Part shown: in pieces, positions 19,046 through 28,375 of the stretch
Layout of the letters: every line of letters starts with the position of its first letter
How positions within the stretch are numbered: position 1 is the stretch's first letter
Source of the DNA: an uncultured Planctomycetales bacterium
GTDB taxonomy: Bacteria > Omnitrophota > Gorgyraeia > Zapsychrales > JANLHA01
Assembly: GCA_964374105.1 (NCBI GenBank)
Contig: CAYJXI010000003.1
Span: 13,336 to 77,335 of the forward strand
DNA: 64,000 nucleotides
Direction: 5' to 3'
The notes under the pieces: generated by a model
Database searches by the model: none
What the model was told of the DNA's origin: nothing
What the model saw: the letters and a program-made list of their open reading frames with translations, nothing else
Program-made: the position numbers and the translations under genes

Positions 19046-19280
19046 CGTTTAAGATTTTCATGTCCTTCCAGCTGACATGGGCATTATCTCCCAGGGCCTT
19101 TAAGACAGCCTCTTTGGCGGCAAAGCGCGCCGCAAAGTGTTGACTGGGGAATTTATGTTTTTGGGCATAATCAATCTCTTCTTCACAAAAAACATGTTTA
19201 AGGAAATGATCTCCCCAACGATTAATGGCTTTTTCGATCCTTTGAACTTCAATAATGTCAATACCAGTTCCTAAGATCAT
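18924..19280 (-). CDS. acpS: Holo-[acyl-carrier-protein] synthase.
   Basis: ILGTGIDIIEV...FAAKEAVLKALG is the AcpS signature. Confidence 0.85.
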   Translation of the reverse strand: MILGTGIDIIEVQRIEKAINRWGDHFLKHVFCEEEIDYAQKHKFPSQHFAARFAAKEAVLKALGDNAHVSWKDMKILNDEFGKPICIYRNKKFKNKIFISISHTQNYAIASAIITSDS

Positions 19281-20008
19281 GAATGGGTATGCACAATTTT
19301 AAGCATTTCCTTAACCGCGTTGGATAGGCCAACCAAGAGTGCTCTCGATATCACCGAATGGCCAATATTGAGTTCTTCTATCCCACGAATATGGGCGATG
19401 ACCGAAGTATTTTGATAATTGAGGCCATGTCCCGCATTGACGATGAGTCCGAGTTGGTTGGCATATTCAGTCATGTGTTTTAACACCCGAAGTTCCTTTA
19501 ATTGCGAGTGTTTATTCAAAGCGAGGGCAAAACGCCCGGTGTGCAATTCGATCATCTTCACTTTAAGTTCTCGGGACATATCGATTTGCCTTTTGTTGGG
19601 ATCGATGAAAAGACTCACAACAATCCCTTTGTCATGAAGCAGGTCAATGGCGTATTGGATTCGCCGGTAATGTTTGCGGACATCCAAGCCTCCCTCGGTT
19701 GTGATTTCTTGCCTGCGTTCCGGAACAATTGTGGCTTGGTCAGGCTTGAGCAAATAGGCCCAATGAAGGATTTCTCTATTTAGAGAAAGTTCCAAATTCA
19801 ATCTGGTTTTCACGACTTTACGAAGTGTCTTTACATCATTTTCATTGATATGACGACGATCTTCACGGAGATGACAGACAATACTCTGTGCTCCAGCTTG
19901 CTCACAAATTTTTGCAGCTTCAATGGGGTCAGGTTCCCATCCGCGCCTGGCTTGTCTTAAAGTCGCCACGTGATCTATATTGATACCGAGTTTCGGCATA
20001 AACCGCAA
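19277..20008 (-). CDS. pdxJ: Pyridoxine 5'-phosphate synthase.
   Basis: LGINIDHVATLRQARR, HLREDRRHI and ELHTG are conserved PdxJ blocks. The likely start is the ATG at 19999. Confidence 0.9.
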   Translation of the reverse strand: MRFMPKLGINIDHVATLRQARRGWEPDPIEAAKICEQAGAQSIVCHLREDRRHINENDVKTLRKVVKTRLNLELSLNREILHWAYLLKPDQATIVPERRQEITTEGGLDVRKHYRRIQYAIDLLHDKGIVVSLFIDPNKRQIDMSRELKVKMIELHTGRFALALNKHSQLKELRVLKHMTEYANQLGLIVNAGHGLNYQNTSVIAHIRGIEELNIGHSVISRALLVGLSNAVKEMLKIVHTHS

Positions 20009-20112
20009 AATTCTTAAATTGGTAGAAAAGCCAATTGATTGAGCCCTCGGGCAATTTCTTCCGAATATCCCGAAGGGTCATGAAGGGTTGAAAAGACACC
20101 CTGACCCGTCAA

Positions 20113-20235
20113 TTAAAGGGAGACTCGATTTTTAATTTCTTTTATTAATTCTCGGTTGACATAAATCCAAGTAATAATGGCCAATCCTAAGGCAATCAAT
20201 TTAAGTAAAACATTTTGCGTCAACAATTTTTTCAT
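20113..20235 (-). CDS. 40-aa single-TM micro-ORF downstream of cdaA (possible CdaR remnant).
   Basis: The ORF encodes MKKLLTQNVLLKLIALGLAIITWIYVNRELIKEIKNRVSL. It is not in the ORF track because it is under 60 aa. Its position matches the cdaA-cdaR arrangement seen in other bacteria. Confidence 0.2.
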   Translation of the reverse strand: MKKLLTQNVLLKLIALGLAIITWIYVNRELIKEIKNRVSL

Positions 20236-20295
20236 TTTAAAGAATGAATAATAATTTTCACTTGGAAACAACGATCATTTATTTCCAGTTAGCTT

Positions 20296-21069
20296 TCAAC
20301 GTTTCTTTTTATTTTGGGCCATAAAGAGGTTTTTTAGTGTATGGATTAAGTTGTCCTGATCTTTAACTTGAATGAACCGCCCATCGACCGCTACCGATAC
20401 CTCTGCGGTTTCCTCAGAAACCATGATGACGGCAGCATCGGTCTGCTCACTTAAGCCTAAGGCCGCCCGGTGACGCGTGCCAATGGTTTTATTAAATTTG
20501 GGATTCTCCGTTAATGGAAATAGGCAAGCAGCCGCTACAATTCGATCACCGCGAGTGATGAGTCCCCCATCGTGAATCGGAGACTGAGGCATAAAGATGC
20601 TGACAATCAAATCGGCCGAAATTTTACTATCCAGAAGAATCCCGCTTTCAATATACGTATTGAGTTTGGATTCTCTCTCAATGGCTATAAGACAACCGAT
20701 CTTATCTCTGGCCAGCTTAAATATGGCGGAGGTCATTTCATCCAAAATGGCCAGGATTTCCGATTCGGCCAGGGCAATATTAAATAAGTGCTGTTGTCCC
20801 AATCGGGCTAAACCAATCCTCAATTCCTGTTGAAAAATGATTAAGATGGCAATGATCGATATCCCGAAAAATTTGGTCAGTAGCCAGTTCAATGTGTCAA
20901 ATCCCAGAAATTGCGATGAGATGAAGGCAATCAGAAGATAGATAATTCCTTTAAGGACTTGAAAGGACCGGGTTCCTTCGATAAAAACCAAGATTCGATA
21001 AAAAACTATCCAAAGGATAATAATTTCGAAGGCTGGTTTTACGATCTTCCAGATAACAAAAAATTCCAT
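20296..21069 (-). CDS. cdaA: Diadenylate cyclase CdaA (c-di-AMP synthase).
   Basis: Three N-terminal TM segments followed by a DAC domain with the DGA (HDGGLITRGDRIVAAACLFP) and RHRAA motifs. Confidence 0.85.
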   Translation of the reverse strand: MEFFVIWKIVKPAFEIIILWIVFYRILVFIEGTRSFQVLKGIIYLLIAFISSQFLGFDTLNWLLTKFFGISIIAILIIFQQELRIGLARLGQQHLFNIALAESEILAILDEMTSAIFKLARDKIGCLIAIERESKLNTYIESGILLDSKISADLIVSIFMPQSPIHDGGLITRGDRIVAAACLFPLTENPKFNKTIGTRHRAALGLSEQTDAAVIMVSEETAEVSVAVDGRFIQVKDQDNLIHTLKNLFMAQNKKKR

Positions 21070-21149
21070 GAGAATACGCTTATGATTTTATCAGGGATCC
21101 GTTAAGTAGCTTAAAGTCCTTCGACAGCTAATTTAAGGGTGAGGACTTC

Positions 21150-22094
21150 TTAAACAAAAGCCATCGATTCCTTCTTCAAATGATTTTGTAAAGGATGAAA
21201 AACAGTTTGATTCATCAACGCATCCGTCATTTTGACAACATCAAAGATTTCTTTGACATCATGGGCGCGAACAATATGCGCCCCTTTATAAATTCCAAAA
21301 CAGATACTGGCTGCTGTTCCTAACAGACGATGTTTCACATCCTTGTTTAAAACATGACCAATAAAGGATTTCCGCGAAGGTCCAATGAGAATAGGCTGAT
21401 TTAAGATTTTCAATCTATCCAAATGATTTAAAATTTCAAGATTGTGCTGGTAATTTTTCCCGAATCCTATTCCTGGATCAATGATAATTTTATCCGATTT
21501 GATCCCAATTTCCAAGCAAATTTCTATAGAATGTCTCAATTCGCTAATGATCTCACCCATTAAATCTTTATAAAAAATATTTCTTTGCATGGTCTGAGGG
21601 GTTCCTCTCATATGCATTAAAACAATGGCGGCATCATAGCGTTTGACCATTTTAAGAAGAGGTTTTTGTAATTGTATACCCTTGATATTATTGATGAGGC
21701 TTGCCCCTGCATCCAGGGCATGCTGGGCAACGGCTGGTTTGTAGGTATCAACCGAAATAGGAACACGGATCCTGGGGACGAGGATTTTGATGACAGGTAA
21801 TATACGTTTTAATTCTTCTTCAATGGAGATTCGTTTTGATCCTGGATGGGAAGATTCTCCCCCGATATCAATCAGGTCCGCTCCCTGCCGGATGAACTTC
21901 TGGGCTAAGGTCACGGCTCGGGTAGTGAAATCGTTGGGGTTTCCTAAAAGGCATCCATCTTCACTGAAGGAATCAGGGGTGATATTGATAATCCCCATGA
22001 TTTTGGTCTGCTCATCTAATTCTAATCGAAAATTTCGGAGATATAAGGTGAACTTATCGCGAATAGAATGATTATTTGAATTAAATTTCCGCAC
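21150..22094 (-). CDS. folP: Dihydropteroate synthase.
   Basis: GIINITPDSFSDGG, DIGGESSRPG and VSVDTYKPAVA blocks. An alternative start is the internal ATG at 21998. Confidence 0.85.
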   Translation of the reverse strand: MRKFNSNNHSIRDKFTLYLRNFRLELDEQTKIMGIINITPDSFSEDGCLLGNPNDFTTRAVTLAQKFIRQGADLIDIGGESSHPGSKRISIEEELKRILPVIKILVPRIRVPISVDTYKPAVAQHALDAGASLINNIKGIQLQKPLLKMVKRYDAAIVLMHMRGTPQTMQRNIFYKDLMGEIISELRHSIEICLEIGIKSDKIIIDPGIGFGKNYQHNLEILNHLDRLKILNQPILIGPSRKSFIGHVLNKDVKHRLLGTAASICFGIYKGAHIVRAHDVKEIFDVVKMTDALMNQTVFHPLQNHLKKESMAFV

Positions 22095-22099
22095 GGATT

Positions 22100-24109
22100 T
22101 TAAGGGGAATTGGGATTCTCGTTATTTATCCCTTTGGTTAAATCAGAATCTTGGGGGCTGGTTATTGAAATTTGATCATTCTTCTTTTCTGATGAGTGGG
22201 ATTTGACTTCTTGCATACCTAAAAGGACCCTTGTTTCTTCAATATCAATAACCTCTTTTTCGATTAGTCGTTTGGCTATCAAATCCAGTTTGTCTCGATT
22301 TTCCATGAGTAGTCTTTTAGCACGGTTGTAGGATTCATCAACCAGATTGGTTACTTCTCGATCGATATTTTTGGCGGTTTCTTCGCTGTAGTCTTTTTGC
22401 TCCCAGAGGTCCCGGCCCAGGAAAACCTGCCTTTGATGTTGTCCAAAGGCCATGGTCCCGAGTTTTTCATTCATTCCATATTCACAGATCATAGCCCTGG
22501 CTATCTGAGTGACTCTTAGCAAATCATTGGAAACCCCGGTCGTTGTATCCCCAATAAAAAGTTCTTCTGCAACCAGACCACCTAAGAGGAGTGTCATGGT
22601 GCCTTTTAATTCCTTCTTATTTAAATAATGTCGATCTTCTGTAGGTGGGGTTAAGGTGTAGCCTCCCGCCATTCCTCGAGGGATAATGGAAACCTTGGTG
22701 AATGTGTCTACCTCATCAATCAACAAGGATAACAGGGCATGTCCTGCCTCATGATAGGCGGTAATTTCTTTTTCTCTTTTAGATACTGAACGACTCTTCT
22801 TCTCCGGCCCCATGGTGACGCGTTCAACGGCAGCAACAAAATCATCCATTTCCACATGTTCTTTATCTTTTCGAGCCGCTAAGAGGGCGGCCTCATTGCA
22901 GACATTGGCCAGATCCGCTCCCGAAAAATAAACAGTTTGCTGGGCAATTTTTCTTAAGTCAATATTTCTACCCAATTTGATATTCTTGGTGTGAACCTTC
23001 AGGATCCCTTCTCTTCCAATAAGATCTGGGAGGGAAACAACAATCTGGCGATCAAATCGGCCGGGTCTAAGCAAAGCCGGATCCAGGGTGTCTGGTCGAT
23101 TGGTGGCCGCAATAATAATGACCCCTCCTTGCGGTGTGAAGCCATCCATTTCCACCAAAAGGGCATTGAGGGTTTGCTCTCGTTCATCATTACCTCCCCC
23201 AATCCCGGCAAATCTTAATCGACCCACCGCATCGATTTCATCAATAAAGACAATGGCCCCTTTGCCAGAGGTCTTGGCAGCTTTTCTAGCTTGATCAAAG
23301 AGGTCCCTCACCCGAGAGGCCCCAACCCCTACAAACATTTCCACAAAATCCGATCCACTCAAAGAGAAAAAGGGAACTCCGGCCTCTCCCGCGACCGCCT
23401 TGGCTAAAAGGGTTTTGCCGGTCCCGGGTGGACCTACTAACAAAACCCCTTTGGGAATCTTACCACCCAGACGTTCGAATTTTTTGGGATCTTTAAGAAA
23501 TTCAATAACTTCTTGCAACTCCTCTTTGGCTTCATCTACACCCGAAACATCGTTGAACGTAATATTGATAGTACTTTTACTATTCATCCGAGCCCGGGAT
23601 TTTCCGAAAGACCAGATTTTATTACCCATTTGATTGCCACGATAAGAAATAAACCAAATGATAAACAGGATCACTAGAAATGGGAAAATCGACAGAAACA
23701 GCTGACTTAAAAACGTCTGGGCGGGTTTAACCGCGAAATCTTTAACATTCTCACGGATTAGTTCTAGGATTCCTTCATCATTATGAGGGATGTTGAGTCG
23801 AAACTCCTCTTCATTATCAAATGTCCCTTGAATGATACTTTCCGTGCTTTCAATGAGTTCTAACTTTTTGATTTTTCCCGTTTGAGCATTATTTTTGACT
23901 ATTTCGTAAAAAGTACTGTAAGGGATTTCCTTAGGGACTTTGATCTTTTTCACCGTTTCCGGCCGGAGCATGACTAAAAAAAGCAAAGACAGCAAAATAA
24001 ATCCCCAGACCCAATTGTTATTGGGTGGCTGATTTCGGTTACGGGGGGGTAATCCTTTTGGTAATTTCCTAAAATTGGATTTCTTGAACTTATTCATAGG
24101 GTCCTTCAT
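22100..24109 (-). CDS. ftsH: ATP-dependent zinc metalloprotease FtsH.
   Basis: Walker A GPPGTGKT, the second region of homology, and the HEAGH zinc motif, plus N-terminal TM segments. Confidence 0.95.
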   Translation of the reverse strand: MKDPMNKFKKSNFRKLPKGLPPRNRNQPPNNNWVWGFILLSLLFLVMLRPETVKKIKVPKEIPYSTFYEIVKNNAQTGKIKKLELIESTESIIQGTFDNEEEFRLNIPHNDEGILELIRENVKDFAVKPAQTFLSQLFLSIFPFLVILFIIWFISYRGNQMGNKIWSFGKSRARMNSKSTINITFNDVSGVDEAKEELQEVIEFLKDPKKFERLGGKIPKGVLLVGPPGTGKTLLAKAVAGEAGVPFFSLSGSDFVEMFVGVGASRVRDLFDQARKAAKTSGKGAIVFIDEIDAVGRLRFAGIGGGNDEREQTLNALLVEMDGFTPQGGVIIIAATNRPDTLDPALLRPGRFDRQIVVSLPDLIGREGILKVHTKNIKLGRNIDLRKIAQQTVYFSGADLANVCNEAALLAARKDKEHVEMDDFVAAVERVTMGPEKKSRSVSKREKEITAYHEAGHALLSLLIDEVDTFTKVSIIPRGMAGGYTLTPPTEDRHYLNKKELKGTMTLLLGGLVAEELFIGDTTTGVSNDLLRVTQIARAMICEYGMNEKLGTMAFGQHQRQVFLGRDLWEQKDYSEETAKNIDREVTNLVDESYNRAKRLLMENRDKLDLIAKRLIEKEVIDIEETRVLLGMQEVKSHSSEKKNDQISITSPQDSDLTKGINNENPNSP

Positions 24110-24169
24110 TGCCTTGATTGTGATATTTATCTAATGTTGCTATAAATTATAGTAAAAGTAAGAATATTA

Positions 24170-25168
24170 TCAAGCTTTTCTTACAAGCCAAAGATACAAG
24201 CTATCCTTTTTGGCAAAAATTCCAGCTGGTAAATTTAATATGGATCCAGGGGGTCTATGATAAACGAGGTCAATCAATTCTCGTAAATGGACCAATGCGA
24301 TTTGATTCATATCCCCTTTTAACGCCTTAAAGGCTAGGCGAAGAAACAAACGTTGTTGGCTTTCATGAAGTTTTAAAAAACGTTGAATAGAAATTTTGAG
24401 AATATTTTTCCGTTTTGAAGGTAGAATTAAACTTTTCATAAGATTTCTGGCTTTAAGTTGCAAAAATTCATAATCCACCGCCATGTTGTTGGCGAGATGA
24501 GCCAACAGGGATCTGATATTGGGATTGTAGGATTTTTCCAATACAGGCAATAGCCTTAATCGAATCTTGTTACGGAAAAATCGAAGTTGTTTATTGGTTG
24601 GATCGAAACGAAACCTTAGTCCTTGGGAGTGAATATAGCCTTCAATTTCTTTACGACTCATTTGGATAAAGGGACGGATAATATTAAAACCCGAAATATT
24701 CTTTTTCGGGAGAATGCCTTGGAGTCCCAGTAAACCCGTCCCTCTTAAAATACGCATTAAGACTGTTTCGGCCACATCATCTTGGTGATGGGCTAAAGCA
24801 ATGGAATCCACCTTTTTTCTTTTGGCTAGCTGAATTAAGGCCTTTAATCTTGCTTGTCGGGCCAATTCTTCCAAAGAGCTTTGATATTTATTTTTTTGGA
24901 CAGTCACTTTCAGAGGAACGAAGAGGATGTTTAAATCCTGACAGAGTTTTTCAACAAAGCGTTCATCAGTTTTAGCGCCTTTGCGAAGTTGGTGATTGAC
25001 ATGCCCAACAGTGAGGGAAAAACCAAGTTTGAAACGAAGATGATACAGCACAGACAATAACGCTACAGAATCGATTCCCCCAGAAACACCGATGAGAATT
25101 CGATCCCCAGGATGGATTAAATGGTAGTCTTGAATTGTTTTTTGGACTTTATCAAGAAAACTCTTCAT
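24170..25168 (-). CDS. tilS: tRNA(Ile)-lysidine synthetase.
   Basis: ILIGVSGGIDSVALL is the PP-loop SGGxDS motif, within a TilS-length protein. Confidence 0.85.
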   Translation of the reverse strand: MKSFLDKVQKTIQDYHLIHPGDRILIGVSGGIDSVALLSVLYHLRFKLGFSLTVGHVNHQLRKGAKTDERFVEKLCQDLNILFVPLKVTVQKNKYQSSLEELARQARLKALIQLAKRKKVDSIALAHHQDDVAETVLMRILRGTGLLGLQGILPKKNISGFNIIRPFIQMSRKEIEGYIHSQGLRFRFDPTNKQLRFFRNKIRLRLLPVLEKSYNPNIRSLLAHLANNMAVDYEFLQLKARNLMKSLILPSKRKNILKISIQRFLKLHESQQRLFLRLAFKALKGDMNQIALVHLRELIDLVYHRPPGSILNLPAGIFAKKDSLYLWLVRKA

Positions 25169-25323
25169 TGCATTCGATCCTTAAAATTGATCAAACCATT
25201 TAGAACCAAAATAGGCAATACAGATTAACAAAATAACCAGAATGATCAGTGTGAAAATGAATAATGGCATCTATGGGTTAGACCCCTTTGGGCATTGGAT
25301 TTAAGGGGGATTAACATGTTTCC

Positions 25324-25986
25324 TCATTCCCCATGCAGGCCCCTTTTTTCCTGTCTTGCCTCTTGGTAGGCAATACGCAAGCTATCGGCATATTTTATAT
25401 TGGGTTGGCGAATATGCAGATTTGCCCAGCCTTGGCTCAGGATCAAGGCATTCACAAAGGTATTGTTTTCGATCAAGAAAACATAGGCTAACGTCTGGTA
25501 GTTTTCATCATTTTGGGAAACATCGAATTCCAACCGTACGTATTTTCCTTCTAATAAAGATTTAGCAAAGTCATAAGCCCGTTCTTCTAGGGAAGACAGC
25601 GGGCCTTCATCGTTTAATCCCCCGGTATTTTCCTCATTTTCAATTTTGGGGCGAGGGGGAGGTTCCGGGGCTTTAAGTCCAATGAATTTAATCTTCTCGT
25701 CATTCTCCAAAATAATGGTATCAGCACTAATGACCCGTTTAACAAGAACCTTTTTATATTTATTTTCTTCCCCCTTAAAGAGTAAGGAGGACTTTTCTGA
25801 ACAGAACCCAGGCAAAGATAGATTGATAAGGTTTACTAAGTAGCCCGTCATCAATAATAAGGAAATTCTATTTTTATATACCGAAATTTTCATATATTTA
25901 GTCTTGGTAATTATTTCGTCTTGGTGATGAAAGTTGATTGTAAAAGAGTTAAAGGAGAAGAAAAAAGTTAGGATTTTAAAATTCAA
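25324..25986 (-). CDS. Secreted thermonuclease (SNase-like).
   Basis: VKRVISADTIILENDEKIKFIGLKAPE...TLAYVFL...NALILSQGWA matches the staphylococcal-nuclease fold. The likely start is the internal ATG at about 25893, which gives a signal peptide. Confidence 0.6.
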   Translation of the reverse strand: MNFKILTFFFSFNSFTINFHHQDEIITKTKYMKISVYKNRISLLLMTGYLVNLINLSLPGFCSEKSSLLFKGEENKYKKVLVKRVISADTIILENDEKIKFIGLKAPEPPPRPKIENEENTGGLNDEGPLSSLEERAYDFAKSLLEGKYVRLEFDVSQNDENYQTLAYVFLIENNTFVNALILSQGWANLHIRQPNIKYADSLRIAYQEARQEKRGLHGE

Positions 25987-26405
25987 GATCTATTTTTTCG
26001 CCGTCTAATCGTTTCATCCAGGCTCAATTTCCCTGCTCCTATGAAAATTAAACTGAAGAATAATATGCCTGCTTCAATGGCATGGGATGCAACATTGAGT
26101 CCGTCTCCGCCCGCGAGATGTTTAATACTGGCGATGGTCATTGTAAAAAACAAAAAGGAACACGCCATGCGAAAATACAAACCCAAAATAAGACAAATCC
26201 CCCCACCGAATTCTGTGAGGCTTGCCAATAATCCGAAAAGTTCAGGGGAAAAATCGATCCCGACATGGATCATGGCTTTTCCTAACTTTTCCCAAATGAC
26301 CGGTCCCCCTGTCAATTTCCCATATCCATGATACATAAACATGAGTCCTATGCCTATTCTTAAGAATAGAAGTCCAAGATCTTGAAATTTTTCTTTGAGA
26401 TTCAT
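25983..26405 (-). CDS. DoxX-family membrane protein.
   Basis: A 140-aa protein with 4 TM segments. LLFLRIGIGLMFMYHGYGKL is the DoxX signature. Confidence 0.6.
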   Translation of the reverse strand: MNLKEKFQDLGLLFLRIGIGLMFMYHGYGKLTGGPVIWEKLGKAMIHVGIDFSPELFGLLASLTEFGGGICLILGLYFRMACSFLFFTMTIASIKHLAGGDGLNVASHAIEAGILFFSLIFIGAGKLSLDETIRRRKNRS

Positions 26406-26506
26406 GATTTATGACAGAATCAAGGAAATTTATTGCTTAAGTAACCTTTAAGTCCCTCAACTAGTTTAAGGACACGTCACTCTTTTGTAAATAATTTTAA
26501 AGCTAG

Positions 26507-26580
26507 TGGCGGCGAGTGGATTTAAACCACTGACCAATCGGGTATGAGCCGAGTGCTCTATCAGGCTGAGCTACGCCGCC
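26507..26580 (-). tRNA. tRNA with anticodon CAU (elongator Met or lysidine-modified Ile2).
   Basis: Hand-folded cloverleaf: GGCGGCG acceptor stem, CUCAUAC anticodon loop, G1:C72 rules out the initiator. CCA is not encoded. The D-loop (AGCCUGAUA) lacks G18G19 and the T-loop (UUUAAAU) lacks C56. Confidence 0.7.
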
Positions 26581-26751
26581 AAATGTCCCTGATACTTTTG
26601 AAAGCATTCTCTTCCATTGGAATTTTATAAATTTTACGTGAAAGGAAACTAAATAGCAAGTTTTTTGATGAGATCTTAAGGATTTTGATGATTTTATTCT
26701 AACTTTGGCATGAAAATATTTTTTTGAGGAATTATTATTTGATGTTCGTCA

Positions 26752-27051
26752 TTAGAAGAAAATGAGATAAAGGAGCACTAATATCATGCATAGAGAAAGA
26801 ACATAAAAATCATTATAATAAAAGAAATCCTGGGTCCTTTCTTTGAACGTATAAGGGAATTGATCTGTTTCATTAATCACGGTCCCTGTTTCCCGGAGAT
26901 TAAGAACTTCCGATTTTTTAAATCTCAAAAATTGGTTAGCAATTCGATAGGCTGTCAGTTTTTGAGACTCAATGAGGTCCATGACTTTTTTTTCTGAGAT
27001 GCCTAGCAGTTGAGCCGTTTCTCTGACGGAAATATATTGGTTTGTAGTCAT
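26752..27051 (-). CDS. Excisionase/MerR-type HTH DNA-binding protein with a C-terminal membrane anchor.
   Basis: ISVRETAQLLGISEKKVMDLIESQKLTAYRI matches HTH_17. The C-terminal FYVLSLCMILVLLYLIFF is a TM helix. Confidence 0.5.
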   Translation of the reverse strand: MTTNQYISVRETAQLLGISEKKVMDLIESQKLTAYRIANQFLRFKKSEVLNLRETGTVINETDQFPYTFKERTQDFFYYNDFYVLSLCMILVLLYLIFF

Positions 27052-27171
27052 AATATCTTAATAACCTTTTAATTAAATCGAAATAAACTTTTTAGGAGCT
27101 CACTTAGGGAGTGAGAGACATCCAGCGTTTATGGTATGAAAACTGACCAACGAATGATTCAAACGATGAAT

Positions 27172-27687
27172 CTATTTAGTTTGTCCAGTTGATGCCCAGG
27201 TATCAATTTGGGAACGTTCGAAGGTCCAGGAATCCCCATTTTTAATGGCCGGAATTTTGCCGGAATCGGCTAACTGGAGAATCGAGGCCGAGTCGATTTC
27301 TAAATATTTGGCCACCTCCTCCAGATTCAAGACATCTTCCACCATCTGACATCTCCCCTGGAAAATAGCTCCTTCTACGATGTTGAGTTTAGGGGTGGAA
27401 ATATTTCCAGTTAAAACCCCTGTGGGCATGAGGACTAGCATTTTCTTTGCAATAATATCACCCCGTAGTTTACCAGCAATAATGATGTTCTCTCCGGTAA
27501 TATGGGCTTCCACAAAAGCGGAATTTCCAATGGTTAATGTTCCTCTGATTTCCAGGGTCCCGTGAAAATTTCCATTGATCTTAAGATTTACAGGGTCTTT
27601 AAAGGAGAGAGTCCCCTGCATTTGAGCATTGATTTCAATACTTTTTTCCGCAGGCTCGATTGGCTCCTTTTTTTGTCTTAATTGCAT
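27172..27687 (-). CDS. Bactofilin-domain protein fused to a C-terminal excisionase-type HTH DNA-binding domain.
   Basis: The middle part has the beta-helix repeats GNFHGTLEIRGTLTIGNSAFVEAHITGENIIIAGKLRGDIIAKKMLVLMPTGVLTGNISTPKLNIVEGAIFQG typical of bactofilin DUF583. The C-terminal LNLEEVAKYLEIDSASILQLADSGKIPAIKNGDSWTF matches HTH_17. Confidence 0.6.
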   Translation of the reverse strand: MQLRQKKEPIEPAEKSIEINAQMQGTLSFKDPVNLKINGNFHGTLEIRGTLTIGNSAFVEAHITGENIIIAGKLRGDIIAKKMLVLMPTGVLTGNISTPKLNIVEGAIFQGRCQMVEDVLNLEEVAKYLEIDSASILQLADSGKIPAIKNGDSWTFERSQIDTWASTGQTK

Positions 27688-27817
27688 ATGTCACCTCCTT
27701 TCACTGTAAAAGTTTCTATGATTAATTAATAACCTGAGATCTAAGTTTTAAATGAAATATTCGTTTAGTGGATTTATTGATCAGACAACTCGGATTAAAT
27801 TTCCAAATTATCAATCG

Positions 27818-28255
27818 TTATCCTTTATGAATGATTCGTTCCAGTGAGCGTAAGGCTATCAAAACAAAAATAACCACGACCGTAAAGATTGTTGCTGCCG
27901 CATATTGACCAGCACCCACCGCCATCCCTAATCCTGAAACAATCCATAAAGTTGCGGCCGTGGTCAAGCCTAAAACATTATCACCTGCTCGTATAATTGT
28001 CCCGGCACACAAGAAACCTATACCGGTAACGATGCCGGAAATGATTCGTGTCGGATCAACTACTGTTGAAACGTTTTTATACGTATCAAAAATATGAAAG
28101 GAAGTCAATACGATGAGGCAGGACCCCACAGCCACAAGAATATGAGTGCGAAGACCAGCTCCTTTATGCCTTAATTCACGTTCTCCACCTATTAAGCTGG
28201 AAAGGAAAATGGTTAAGAAGATCTTACTTAACAATTCTTGCAACTCGCCGTTCAC
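27818..28255 (-). CDS. MgtC/SapB-family membrane protein.
   Basis: LIGGERELRHKGAGLRTHILVAVGS is the MgtC signature. The protein has 4-5 TM segments. Confidence 0.7.
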   Translation of the reverse strand: MNGELQELLSKIFLTIFLSSLIGGERELRHKGAGLRTHILVAVGSCLIVLTSFHIFDTYKNVSTVVDPTRIISGIVTGIGFLCAGTIIRAGDNVLGLTTAATLWIVSGLGMAVGAGQYAAATIFTVVVIFVLIALRSLERIIHKG

Positions 28256-28375
28256 TTCTATGATTCCTTTCTTAGCCTTTGTAAAACTTCATTTGAGCAC
28301 TCGGAGTAAGTTAGACTCTCTTACTCGAGGGCTCATTTATTCTAATTTAAAGATGACAGGAAAGAAATTAAAATT

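Noticed and set aside
25181-25270. 29-aa hydrophobic micro-ORF (MPLFIFTLIILVILLICIAYFGSKWFDQF) between tilS and the nuclease gene.
   Set aside because: It is too short and AT-rich to distinguish from a chance ORF, and it has no RBS. It is noted but not annotated.
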